A DNA stretch of 64,000 bases from Phoronis australis (Eukaryota; Animalia; Phoronida). This document shows positions 1 through 12,859 of this stretch, one piece after another (position 1 is the first letter of the stretch; the number at the start of each line of letters is the position of its first letter). The stretch lies in assembly GCA_002633005.1 (NCBI GenBank), contig NMRA01000537.1, positions 206,965 through 270,964 on the forward strand. Direction: 5' to 3'. The notes under the pieces are model-generated. The model ran no database searches and was not told where the DNA came from. It saw only the letters and a program-made list of their open reading frames with translations. Position numbers and translations under genes: made by a program.

Positions 1-402
1 AGTGCGGTACTATTGTTTGTTTAAGATCAGTTTTGGCCGGTACCTCGAAAATCTAGTCTAGCTCAAATTTTTGATGGCATACCATGGTTGAGATTTTTGG
101 GGGTTTCTGCCGGGCACAACCCAGAGTGTATTTTGTCTGTCATAGGGGTTTTAGTGATCTGTGACATGTATTGAATCACATGGAATTGGTTTTGTGTGGT
201 ACCTCGAATGTATGTGCTAGCTCATTTTTGGGGGGTCCTTTTTTGGTTTCTGCCGGACCCATTCCAGAGTGCAATTTGTCTGTCATGGGTCATTTGGTGT
301 TCAGTGCGGTACTATTCTTCGTTTTAAATCAGTTTTGGTTGGTACCTCTAGCTCATTTTTTGGGTTGTTTGTAAGGCCCCCAGGGGTCACACCCAGAGTG
401 CA
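1..402. repeat. Degenerate tandem repeat (~300 bp period with ~150 bp sub-units)
   Basis: AGTGCGGTACTATT recurs at 1 and 303; CCAGAGTG, GGTACCTC and CTAGCTCA blocks recur several times. Confidence 0.6.
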
Positions 403-558
403 GACAACGGCAGACGTCCATTTCTGTACATACTAAGGTGGACTTTAAATGCTCCCGTGGTCAGATGTTGGTACCTCGTTCATCTATGCTAAGTGCTCTG
501 GGCTGCCGGTCTAGACCGAGCACGGATATGTGGTACACTCATCATGATGTGATTTTTT

Positions 559-642
559 TGTCCGAGGAAGGATTTGAACCCATGACTTCTGAAGCTACAG
601 ATATATTTGAGTCCAGCAACTTAACCACTACACCACGGAGTC
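559..642 (-). ncRNA. tRNA-derived segment (tRNA-Leu-like pseudogene or SINE head)
   Basis: Minus strand has A-box TGGTGTAGTGG and B-box GGTTCAAATCC, a CAA-like anticodon loop and long variable region over ~84 nt; acceptor stem pairs poorly, so not a functional tRNA. Confidence 0.55.
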
Positions 643-673
643 ATCCATTTACTTAGAGGGAATTTTATTATAC

Positions 674-1898
674 TTAAACCTTCGTAAGTAGACTGAGCCA
701 GGTGTCACTTGGTTGTTTGCTTGGCTGACTGAAGACATTGCCTTGTTCTTTCATGTACATGGCTTCCTTGATCTTTCTCTTGGTCCAACCTGTTTCCTTG
801 TCAAGTATTCGGATGTTATTCCACTGGATATTGTGTTGTTTCGACCACATGTGTTCTGCTACTCCTGATGAGGTATTACCCTCTCTACAACACCTCTAAT
901 GTTCAGCAATTCTCATCTCCAGTGGTCTTAAAGTTTCACCGATATATGATTCACCACATTCACATGGGATTCCATGGATGACATTTTTCCCCATGACAGT
1001 TCTTGGTTTGACTTTTGTCAGCCATCGACCCAGTGTGTCTGAGCTGCGGTATACTGTTCATATTTTAAATTCTTTACATACACGTCTTAGTTTCTCTGTT
1101 ATTCCGGGTATGTATGGCAAGCACATAGTCTGCAGCGGGCGTTCTTCTGCCACTTTCTCTTTTCTCTGCGGTGTTAAAGTCGACTCGATGAAATCCCTTG
1201 GGTAGCCATTTCTTTCGAATGTCTCCGTCAGGTTGGTCATTTATGCTTGGAGAGCTGTAGCGCTGCAGATTTCTTTTGATCTTTATGCAAGGCATTTGAC
1301 TATACCCTTCTTGACTCCTTTGGTGTGGTTGGAGTTGAAGTCGAGGTATCGTCCTGTGTCGTTGTTAACTGTCCTTCAACACGAGTCACTAGTACGTCTA
1401 GGAATGAGAGGTGTTTGTCTCTTCTTCCATTGTGAATCTAATTTTAGGCGCTATGCCGTTCATATCGTCAAGGAACTCTGATGGGTTTTCTGAGTCTTGG
1501 CTGAATATTGTGAACGTGTCATCAACATATCGTTTCCACATCTTCGGGGTTTTTTTAGCTGAGCTGAGAGCTATTTGTTTGAACCACTTGATGTACAACT
1601 TAGCTAAGACTGGCGATAGTGGTGAACCCATTGCCATTCCTTGGGTCTACTCCTAGAACTTGTCTTGGTATTGGAAGTAGGTGGTATCGACACAGAATGT
1701 CGCTAATTCCAGAGTGGACCCTATTGGGAGGTTTACTTCGTCTGATGGCTTGTTGTCATGTTCTAATTTTGACCTGAGTAATGGGAGAACCTCTGATGTT
1801 GCTACACTTGTGAATAGGATTTCGACACCAAAGCTCACCATGGTGTGATAAGAGGTCGGTGTAAATAGACCAAGAGATTTTAATAATAGTTGTAACAC
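674..1898 (-). mobile_element. Decayed Penelope-like retroelement (RT plus C-terminal GIY-YIG endonuclease)
   Basis: RT motifs MAMGSPLSPVLA and WKRYVDDTF; linker NGYP...LPYIPGITEKL; endonuclease NVIHGIPCECGESYIGETLRPLEMRIAEH*...RKIKEAMYM. In-frame stops and frameshifts are present. Confidence 0.92.
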
Positions 1899-2577
1899 GC
1901 CACCACCTCAGAGCGGTTGTAGAAAGTCGAGTTTGATATCCTTTTAAACTACCTAATGCACCCTATAATTCAAAATACGTGAAACGACTTAGGGACCGGT
2001 ATGTAGGCAAGCGTGACAGGCCGTGACATGAACAAAACACTAACGTGAGAGACTTCATCTGAACGTGAGGCCTATGGAACGTACTGGCGTCCGCGAAAAA
2101 CGTACCGCGGGCCAAAGCGATGGTGCGCCTTTGAGACCGCGAACTCAGCTTCGTCCCTCTCTAAACTGCCATCTCGAATATCATGTATGAAAGAAATGTC
2201 AGTGCGCAACTCATAAAGGATTAACGAACGCAGAAATGTGACAAGGCCCTAAATAACAGTTTGCACATTAATTTACCGCCAACACCGAAGGAACAATTAA
2301 CAAGCATATAGAATTATTGCGTCAGTACACCTAGGGTTTAGCTGGCACATGAGAGACACGTTCGGTACGTACCATCTGTGGCATTGCTCAAATGCCTGCT
2401 GTGACTGGCACTTTTTCTTCTAATGATAAGCGGACCTAATGCAAACGGTTTTGACGCAGACGATTTTATTTTGTAACATCCGATTCACGTTTTCCCCTGC
2501 TCTTACTCACAAGTTGGAACTGATGGAGCAAAGTTTTTGTACCGATATTGACCCCAGATGGTACCCAGTGTACCCAC

Positions 2578-2687
2578 GTCCAAACGTTTGCCATTACATA
2601 GCCACGCTTCTCCAGACTAAAAACGTATCCTCCATCCCCTATTACTGGCCCCTTGCGAAGACGGTCTAAAATGCCATTGGAAGCCAT
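2578..2687 (-). CDS. BHMT: Betaine-homocysteine S-methyltransferase-like gene, first coding exon
   Basis: [37 protein letters not shown] matches the BHMT N-terminus (GILERL...[23 protein letters not shown]); start context gcaATGG; similarity ends at donor AC|gtgggt. Downstream exons not found in the window. Confidence 0.85.
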
Positions 2688-5364
2688 TGCACGGTGTCCT
2701 CTTTCGCCGCTCTCTTATCAAGATGTCTCTGCCACACCGCCGTACTGGGCTGAGGGTTACACGAACTAGACGATGTTTTTTGCTCCGTTATCGCGTAAGT
2801 AACTTGACCTTTGTCAAGATGAGGCAGCGAAGCTGTCGGGGGTTGATTCATATTCTTTACGCGGTCCGATTGTCGTACACGACATCGTATGCGATTTTCG
2901 TATAAGACAGCTGAACCGCTACCTACACACTACAATTGTCGAGTACGATTGATTGCCGACATTTTAGTAGGGCTACGAAATTCTCATTACATGAATTTCT
3001 TATTTACACTGCCTTCTACTTCATGTGGCTTGTAACACAGGGCGATATCTAGCGAAGTCTTGGCTAACCGATCCAGCGAATCCAGACAGCCCATTTTAGT
3101 GTGCAGATTCAAGCCTGTTTTATTTGATTCCCTGCTCCAGTCCATTCATTCTGAACTTGGTCATTAAGATACATTTGGATAACTACACTGATCCTGTGGC
3201 AAGCGACATACAACAGAATATTTATGTGGATAATATTTTAAGTGGTGTTACATCGACTGCCGACTAAACAAATTCCTCTCAGCTGGCAGGGGAATTGACC
3301 TACCGCCAGGATTACGACTGACGGCTTAACTGACCAATCAGAACGCAGCATTCTTGACACACCTTCGTCTGCGTTTCCAAACCGCAATTTTAACCGACAA
3401 ATAATACGTTGTTGTCTAAAACTTATTTTAGTCTATAGTTCATGAAATTGCGTCATAAGAATGGTGATACGGTGTTGATATGGCGTGTGTAATTCTGACA
3501 GCCGTCATGCAGCTCGAGAAGAATATCCCGTCATTTTTTGGGCATCTCCTAAGCCGAATGGCCACCAACATGATTATCGTACATGCTAGTAGCTGTGTTC
3601 AGGTCTTTAAAGACCAAAACAACTGCTTTTCAACCCAAATAACAGCACTGTGTGAATCTGTTGCACAGGGTAGTTCTTGTCCGCACAGCTTGGTTAATGA
3701 GAAAAGCCCAGCAGTAACAAAGATTTTATAGTACTGGGGATATAGTATCTTTGGCAGTAATGACCTTATCCGACTTCAGCCGAGTCAATTCTGAGAACAT
3801 GCATATGTGGTCACATAACCGTCTTTGATGTCAGACCAGGCAGACAGTTGTCTATGGCAATGGCTATATGCAGTCAACCCTCCAAAATTTTGCTTGCTTC
3901 TCATGATAATTCCTTTCAACTACATTTGTTGGCATAACTAAATTGTTTTTGCCAACGAGATGTAACACAGATAATAAAGCCTACTGCAAAATATAACAGT
4001 TTTCATTTTTTTTTCATTTTCAGCAGTGAGTAGGAAGGATGTCACCTTTTAATTTAACCACATATATAATTGAAATTTGAGTGGAGGTGGCAATCTCAAT
4101 GACAGAATTACAAGAACACTTGAAATGGAAGTCTTCTGAACTTGTTTTCTTTTTAATTCATGTATTAATCTATTGAAATAATTATAAGCCCAAGGCATCA
4201 AGAAATATTACCTGAAGATGCCAGTGAACATATTATTTCAGGCGTTCATTATGGCAAGCTAATTCTACCATGCTTTGGTCACTGAGTCATAGAAATCAAA
4301 GAATAAATCAGAGAATGATTATGATTTAATCCACAATTCAAATTAAAATCAGGTGCTTTCAGTCGGAATTATATACTTGGTGTCTCCAGTGAAAGATTTT
4401 CAAGGTTACATCTACTGTGCATATGTCAAAACTGAAATAATCTCAGTACTGCAGTGTTGTAACGCTGGATGGCAGGGATTTATCGGAGTGGGTCTTCAAA
4501 TAAACTGACGGCCATTTTGCATACTTATATTTCTTTACCTTGAACGAAGACGCTAACGGTCTCTGCCTTGAACCTCGGTCAACGGCATCTATTGGTACAT
4601 ATGTGAACTACAATTAAAGCCGATACTGCAAGTACAGTAAAGTTGATATGTAAGTCAAAATGATCTAATCTTTTACCAAAATAAGTAACTTAGAATGCAC
4701 ATTTCTTCAGTGCATTTAAGCATTACAAACGTGATCCAACAACACTACAAATTTACATGATATGAAAGCGGATATACCTAGCTATTACCGTGATGGTGAC
4801 CAGTTGTTTCCTTGCAAAGGGCATTGTACCGACATTTATACGCTATGAAAATAAGACGCATAATTTCCATAAAAACGATATTTTAATTCAGTGAAATTTT
4901 TTTCTCATGTTCTCTCACTTGTAAATCACCGATCTCAAGTTTGAATGCGGGTATCATGTCGTTGGGATCCTTTGACTTGAGCATTATACTCAAATACCAG
5001 TGGTAACCTACTTTAGCAGACGATATTTTCTCGGTCGTGATAAAATGTGTACTAAACTTTAATAGATGCTAAACCTTAATTTATAGATTCACTTTATTTC
5101 CATTTTGTTTAAATTTTCAATTGGTTTTGAGTAAAAGCATTATTTGACAAAAATATCTCGGCTTTTCTAAAAGGTCACGACCTCCGACCCCGGGCCTCTG
5201 ACATAGAAAGTAGTTACAAGGCCGAGGCAAGTCGAGAAAGGTAGATCGATTCATTGCAATGTTTCTCTTTCAGTATGTGGTATAAATAGATTATTATATG
5301 TTCTCAGTCGTTATCCCCCTTATCTGCAGCCCTCGTGGATTTTGGAGAATTATCGCCCTCGGGG

Positions 5365-5593
5365 CAGTGGCAGATCTGTTTTCAATAAGGGGGGGGTTTA
5401 GGATTCGGGCGAATGCGGGGCGCGTAACGACGAGCGGAAGGAAGGTCGGGAGAGGGTTTTCCCTCCCATGTAAGATTTTTGTGGTTTTTAGAGGCTGATT
5501 TCGTTTTTCTGGCTAAATTCTTTTCAATTTTTATTTTTGATCCTGTCCCGTGGGGGTTTAAGCCCCCTTAACCCCCCTGTAGATCCGCCTCTG
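5365..5593. mobile_element. hAT-like MITE with 5-bp target duplication
   Basis: Termini CAGTGGCAGATC...GATCCGCCTCTG; CGGGG at 5360-5364 and 5594-5598; related left-end fragments near 60760 and 61213. Confidence 0.65.
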
Positions 5594-6129
5594 CGGGGCT
5601 GGCGCCCCTCAGGCAGTGCTGTAGTGGGGTGTAGGCGCACGTAGGCGCAGCAGAGACCGTAGAGAGGGAGACAAAATGACCCTTTTCTACTTATTTTATT
5701 GATGATAGAGCCACTAGGAAAATACGTCTGCACCGATTCTACCGACAACTGTGTGCTGTCATTGAAACTAACGTGATCACCGTTCCATTGACGCACTTCA
5801 ATTTTTTCTTTCAGGTTAACCCAGCTCCACACACTGAAAACGGGGTGTCTTGGATACTTTAAACCAGCCTCCCGTTCAGTAACGCTAGGACCTCGCTAAA
5901 AAGCAAGACTTCTCGAGATTACGTGAGATATTACCGTGCATTTTAAATAAGAACACGTGACTTTGACTAGGTTTTAGCTAGATCCTAGCGTAGGTCCTAG
6001 CGTCTACTGAACGCATGCCAGGTTTCATTGAACCCGCTCCTTGTNNNNNNNNNNNNNNNNNNNNNNNNNNNNNNNNNNNNNNNNNNNNNNNNNNNNNNNN
6101 NNNNNNNNNNNNNNNNNNNNNNNNNNNNN

Positions 6130-6240
6130 GAGGAGGAGTGCGAGAGGAGGAGGAGTGCGAGAGGAGGAGGAGTGCGAGAGGAGGAGGAGTGTGAGAGGAG
6201 GAGGAGTGCGAGAGGAGGGGTGCGAGAGGAGTGAGAAGAG
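6130..6240. repeat. 17-bp GA-rich minisatellite next to an N gap
   Basis: Unit GAGGAGGAGGAGTGCGA repeated about 6 times after the N run at 6045-6129. Confidence 0.85.
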
Positions 6241-7377
6241 TCGGTTGCCAACATGACCATTCCTCTATTTTCAATGGCTGAACTACACTCTATTAAGGAT
6301 GATAAAAATGTTTCTTTATTTTAAATTGTTTGAAGGCATGAGAGTGTGAGAGTGTGAGATTGTTGCCAACATGACCATTCTTCTGTTTTCAGTGGCTGAA
6401 CTATACTGTATTAAGGATGATAAACATGTTTCTATGTTTTAAACTGTTTGAAGGCGTGAGAGTGTGAGAATGTTGCATTCAGTGCTCAAGGCAATACGGT
6501 GCCTACTTACCTCTAATTTTACCAATACAGCACTGCCCCAAACTTTTGGTAGAGGGCCGCCCCCCGTTTTTGCTCTTACCTCTTCTTCAGCAGGTCTGTC
6601 TTATGTTTAGTACTTCCCTGACCTCCCTGGACAAAATCCTACATGTTCTGTACTTTTTCACCCTCCAATCACCTATTTTCACCTGTTTACCTCTGACTAC
6701 AGAGTCACACTTTTGCTTATGATGTATTTCTCGTAATTTTTATTACCTTTACTGTCCAAGTTTTTCTTGATATACTCTAGATTTTGCCTATGTGTATTTT
6801 CCATGGCACTGATCATGCTTTTTTGTTTTCAATATTTTAAGCAAAGACTTTTTACAGTTTTGAATTTGACGAACTGAAATCGACAGTAGTCAACGCCTCG
6901 CGTACTTCGTCGGCGCACACACGCCCGCTAGGTGTCGTCACGGTCCGTAACGCTATAATGGCGGCGGCCTTTGTGAAGAATCTTGTTAACGTCTTTGGGC
7001 GCAGCCAACCACCTTTTGTGGCATTTGAACGTAGCGCCTACGCACCGTAAGTTACGTTCAGTGCTCAAGGTGATATGGTGGGCTTTGGGCGCCTATTTTT
7101 CTCAAATTTTACCACTGCAGCACTGCCCTCGGGCGATAATTCTCCAAAACAATGGGCCACGGTTCCCGCCGGGCCCGGGCCGAGTTGTGCCTTGTGGCTG
7201 GCACTCACTACTCCTAGCTTAGCCCGGCTCGGTTTTCGACTCAAAATCACTCAAATTTTCCTAAATTTTCCCCTTTCGTCGTATTTTGATGAATATTTGT
7301 CTTGGGCGTGACCACTGGGGCGTAAGTTGGGTTGCTTTATGACTTTGTGTGCGGAACCTCCGTGGTACTACCACGAT

Positions 7378-7780
7378 GGGAGTTCCCTGCTTCCAAGCCA
7401 CGTGACTTGTTTGTGTTACTATAAATGGGACGGTTTCCAGGAATCGAAAGGAGCTCAAAATAAAATCACGGCAGTGTAAATATTTTTTATAAATGTTGTA
7501 AATTTATATATTAAACTAAAGAAGTCAATTAATAATGTATTTTAAGTTGTATTTTACAAACAATATTGTTGGTACTGTATTATCATTGACAAACTTGTAT
7601 TAAAATGGAAAAAATACTATGGGTTCTGTTTGTAATCATGTAGCTGCTTTTCCAAGAAGGAAAACCCTCCTGTGTACAAGTATGACAAATTTCTAAGAAT
7701 TCACAGTCGAGGCAAGCACTTCTGTTCAGTGTACATCGACTAACAGGAAGCGAAGACTTCATTGCTGTTTTTGCTTGCGT
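7378..7780 (+). promoter_or_regulatory. Candidate STAT promoter/enhancer: GAS + kappaB cluster and possible non-coding first exon
   Basis: GGGAGTTCCC 7378-7387; CACGTGAC ~7399; TTCCAGGAA 7435-7443; TTCCAAGAA 7650-7658; GGAAAACCC 7659-7667; TTCTAAGAA 7691-7699; ACAGGAAG ~7743; donor-like GTGAGT at 7779. Confidence 0.5.
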
Positions 7781-8388
7781 GAGTATGACAATGTGTGCTA
7801 AATAGATTATTGCATCCGTGGTAAATGACTCGGGAGTTCACGGCGTGAAATTGACAATGCCGAGTATAATACAGAGGACGGGGCGAGGGTTCTTAGTAGG
7901 CGTGAGTAAGGCGAGGGGTGAGCCACCGGCACTGAAGGAAAACTTAAAGCAACGCAAAGGCTCGAGTCTCACTCTATAGGTTTGAACATCCCGAACTAAA
8001 TGAGCAGTTGCACAACAATCCAGCGTGGCGGTGATAGTCGGGTGCAAACTCTTTCTTTCCATCTACCATTCTACAGTACTCTGGAATACTGTCCCACAAT
8101 TCGCCATCTCATAAGACATAAGAAACAATTAGAAATATTCACAAGTCACATCTTGAACATCAATCTTACATAGTAATAATTAAGACCTTTTTATCTTGGC
8201 ACTAACCAGCACTTCGTTTTATCGTTATTTTTCACAGTTACGTACACCTAAGTTAACAATGCGCCCGAGTAAGGATTGATACCACGATCGTTTGTTGATT
8301 TTTGGAAGAAGAAGATTTAAGTTCGTCACCTCATCTGATGCCGATGGGGCTGCTCGCCCCTCGGGTTTACGCAGGACGTACGACGTGG

Positions 8389-11348
8389 CATGTCATGAAA
8401 ACATCCACTACCACAAGAAACTAGAGGAACACTGCATTTATCCACCTTCACTCTTATCAGGCTTCTATTGTGAGTCAGCATGCGTGAATAATTGGCTGAT
8501 AAGCCACCTATGGAACTACTTTTGGCTGAATGGATGACCAGGCTGTAAAATGATAATTAGCCAAGACCTTGCTGCATGGAATAGTTAATACCTTCATGGC
8601 AATTTTGAAAGAGTGGGCATCATCTGCTAGTCTTTCGCCGAAAGTGTTTTAAAAAAACTTGGTTTACCGACCTCTGATTTTCTGGATTATGCAAACATTA
8701 AAATTCAAATTTGCAACGTTTTCAGTTCCGCCATCATTATGCTATGGAAACGAGCAAAAATTGGCAACAATTCGTACAAGCNCCAATTATCCTCGCTCGT
8801 GACTCGATGACTAGAGCAGCTTGGCGGCATCCCTTTGATCGTGAGCCGAGTGCGACTCAGCCAAGGTGGATAAATACGGTCTAGTTCAATTTTCCATACC
8901 CCACCGTTTACCTTAACCATTGGGGTTAGGACCAATCTTATTTAGTGGGAATGTTCATAGCATGAAAATGATAATTAGCCAAGACCTTGCTGCATGGAAT
9001 GGTTAATACCTTCATGGCAATTTTGAAAGAGTGAGCATCATCTGCTAGTCTTTCGCCGAAAGTGTTTTAAAAAAACTTGGTTTACCGACCTCTGATTTTC
9101 TGGATTATGCAAACATTAAAATTCAAATTTGCAACGTTTTCAGTTCCGCCATCATTATGCTATGGAAACGAGCAAAAATTGGCAACAATTCGTACAAGCA
9201 ACAAAGAATATCTTGTAGCATCACCTTGCCTTGGTGGAAAGCTGTATACTGTATTGACCCTAATAAACTCCGCGGGCGCTTAGAAAAATTCATTTCACGG
9301 AGGGGACGCTTATTGTAGCCTAAGGCAGTAGAAACCCGGTTTCCGAAACGGGTAAATTCGGAACATTACAGCGTTCTGTCGTTCAGTAACTTTTCCAGAT
9401 GTGAGGGGTGCTGAACGTGCAATAACATCTGGCTCTTTTGTTAACTGCCCAGCACAGTCGTTTGTCCCGTATGATAACAAGCAGGCCAATTATCTCCCAG
9501 GCTTCAAAGGAAACGTATGGTGGTTGCACCCTATTGCCGAACACGTATGAACACAGTCAAACCCAGTGCGTCCGTTTGGACAGAATAGATTATCTTAACT
9601 TCTGTTGTAGTTGGGCGATTTTGGTGATTCAAAAACGGAAAATTATCAGCATTTGACAAGGAATTCAGAAATTCAATTGGTTTAAGCTCAAATATGTTAT
9701 AACATAACTTTCATTTTTATCAGCCCAGTCAGTCTAGATACCATCTGATCGGAGATTAGAGCAATTATTGAACAAAAGAGCGCAGGCCCTCCAACCATAA
9801 ATGCCAGAATGGAGTTAATCAGCCATGTAAGATATTGGCTATGGGGGTAAACTTCCCAACTTGTTGTTGGGCTATAGAATCGAACAAGTTGGGAGCAAGC
9901 CGTCATGAGCTAGGATTCATCAAATTTACACTTGGCTGTGACGTATTTGTAGCCTATGACAGTCTTTCTACAAAACTGTAGTGCATTGCTATCAAACTCT
10001 GTTGTTAAATTACGATCATTTTTCAAAAAAGTGTGCTGAAATCCCAGGTAAAAACTTGGCGACTGATACGTTGCTGAATTGCGATCGTTGATAGGAAAAC
10101 TTGAATTCTTGAATAAAAATACAGTTTCGACTCAACAAATTACCTGAAATCCTCCTTATGTTTTACAATTTTTTAAGTTCAGGTGGAGTCCAGATTAATT
10201 GCGATTAAGTCCAAATCTGCGCTACATTGTACCCCACAACACGAGAAAAATCTCTGGATGAACACACATGTTGCTGTCACGTGAAGTTCGTTTTGAAGGT
10301 CGTCTGTGTATGAGAGTGAGTGAGCGAGCGTGTGCGGGTCATCGACAACAGATTTTGTTACAAAAGGCGGAGGATTGTGCAAAAAAATGGCGTTTATTAG
10401 ATTGTTTTTCTCTTAAACGGCTGCAGCGTGCAAAGTGAGTGCCAGTTAACTCACACATTTTGTGTGCACAGGCCAACGGTCGTTAGCTCAACGGTGGAGT
10501 ATAACATTAATAATCCTAGGTTCGATTTAGGCCCTACATGGGTGACGAGCTGAACTATCTGGGCTGTGTGAAATTTCTGGGTCTATAATGGAGACACTGA
10601 CGCAGTGGTACCTATAGTTAGCTAGCTCGCTGTATCAAGACTATCGTCAAAATCCAAATTCGTTTTATCGTGTCCATCAATAATAATGGCATGCTAAAGT
10701 TTCTTAATGTTCGTACTTCAGGAACATAACAATCACCTGTTTTGTATACATACGCGCACGCTGCAGATCACATCTCGGAAATTTCCGATTTGACGGATGA
10801 CAATGGAATGAGCACAATGACATTAAACAACGTCGTTTTACAGCTTGTAAGAGCTATAATAAACGTTTTTTGAATATTGCAATGCATGTGTTCCAAAATC
10901 TAAATAACATACAGAGTAGTTCTATATTATCCTAACTTGGGTCCTATATTTTTGTATTCGTGCGCGCCGAATGAAAGTAATCGTGAGTGTTGCTGTGTGG
11001 CTAAATCTCTTATTCTGGGCCTATTTGAAAAATTCAAAGTTGTAACAACGTTTTTTCTCTTCTCTTTTCAAATATTACACTCAAAACTACGTAAAACGCT
11101 CTCCATAAAAAGTACGGTCATCTAGGCTAGATTGTAATCAGCTGATCGTATCCGCATGAGCGAAGCCAATTATCCTCACTCGTGACTCGATGAATAGAGC
11201 AGCTAGGCGGGATCCCTTTGATCGTGAGCTGAGCGCGACACAGCCAAGGTGGATAAATACGGTCTAGTTCAATCGGCCAAACCCCACCGTTTTCCCTGAT
11301 CGGCAGGGTTTGGGGCAATCTTAATTTAGTGGGAATGTTTATGGCATG
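8389..11348 (+). mobile_element. ~3 kb non-autonomous DNA element with CATG termini, containing a nested right end of the same family (8783-8964)
   Basis: Imperfect ~24-bp TIRs (CATGTCATGAAAACATCCACTA ... TAGTGGGAATGTTTATGGCATG); inverted subterminal ATTTATCCACCTT; homologous to 25495-26370, 30255-30503 and 33662-34945; no long ORF. Confidence 0.8.
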
Positions 11349-12719
11349 GCAGGGCTCGACTAGGCAACTAGATAGCCCTGAATGCCGCAGGCATACAGGG
11401 GCTATAGTATATATCCCCATAAAAAGTTGCTCATTTCAAAATACAGCAAATAAAATCGAATGAAACACGCATGTATATATGCTCATACAGTTATAATTAA
11501 CACATACCATATGACTGCACATTTAATTTAGTCAGACTTGAACATGTCCATGAAAATCTGTTGCGGTTCACTTGAGTTTCTCTGAGGTGCCATTTTGAGA
11601 AAGTTACGTGAAATCATGCCTATTGATGAACAAAAAGTCCAAAGGACACAAGTCTTACAAATTTAACCTGGTATCTTCGATCCCATGCTATTTTGCAAGT
11701 GTTACGGGCCACGTAAGTCATGTGCTTTGCTCAGTCTCACACTAGCGTTTGCCTAACACGTAACACAGTTGAAATATTTTGTCGTTATCACACACACGGT
11801 GACCAAAAAAGTGAAGTTGGAATTCTTCATCATAGTTACTTTAATTCTCATGGGTATTTTTTGATGCATCTTATGTGTAGTAGTAGAAAGGGTCACTGAT
11901 GAAAGTAAGTGCCCTTTTAAGTGATAGTTTTAAGTGTATAATGTATTTTTGACGAGGTGAAAACTCTTAATCGGTGAGCGGATTTCACCTACCACCCGTT
12001 TAAAATACACGGGAGGAATTTAGTACACTAAGTGATGGAAAGTATTGTAGCCCCTAACCAGTCAACTGGGGAGCTACGTGTTGCCTAGGATCGAACTTTG
12101 ACCTTACAAATCAAATGATGTTGAACTTGCTTGCTATTCATTCATGCAGCTAGAGTCTTCTTTTTGAAAAGAGGTAAAAAAGTTGATACACAAAATGATA
12201 TTACTAGTCTGTTTCACTTAAACGGCAAGATAGTGTCACTCAAGTCCTAGATTTTGAATGCACCTCATTTGCTCTATTTGTACAAGTTTCATGACGAGGT
12301 GACTAGCAGAACTACCCAGTCAGTGAGAAATTTTCAGGTCTATGTGAGGTTAACACACTGGGGTTCCTGTTGCTGTATTTTGGTGTTTGTCTGTATAGAG
12401 CTAGCTGGCTGCCTGGCCACTGGTTTGTAGTGTAATAAGCACTAATTCCTGTCATCAGACGATGATCATTGTCCTCGGCCATTTCGGCACTCCGGAGGTG
12501 TGCTGACTAAGTTGATCAGGCGTGGCTACATGATGTTTTGTCATCTCAGTACTTCTTCCTTGCTACATTATCAGCTGCTTGCACGGCTGTACATGCACCT
12601 GTCAAGGTGTGAAAGCAAATCGATTTGTATTCTTAGGTATATAAATGTTATCTAAATGTTTCAGTTTCGAATCATATACATGTATAATTATGTTTTCTAG
12701 AGTTGGCGGTACATTAACA

Positions 12720-12859
12720 ATGTCTCAGTGGGCTGAACTGAAAGAACTTGCTGAGGAAAATAGCCAGTGTCAGAAAGACATCGTCGACTACTACTCCACT
12801 ATCAAATTCCCCATAGACATTCGTCATGACCTGGCCCGTTGGATTGAGTCAGCGAATTG
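12720..12859 (+). CDS. STAT: STAT coding exon 1, duplicate copy
   Basis: Same translation as 14745-14884; acceptor AG ends 12700, donor at 12860. Confidence 0.6.

Noticed and set aside
674-1898. Stop codons in the Penelope ORF as selenocysteine recoding (as in Naiad elements)
   Set aside because: The stops I checked are TAG, frameshifts are present and the endonuclease is C-terminal; ordinary decay explains it.
2373-2435. AG...GT bounded segment as BHMT exon 2
   Set aside because: In the required phase it hits a stop after a few codons and shows no BHMT similarity.
5978-6274. Low-complexity ORFs here and at 18765-19167, 46941-47262 and 54497-54859
   Set aside because: Translations of micro/minisatellites and N runs.
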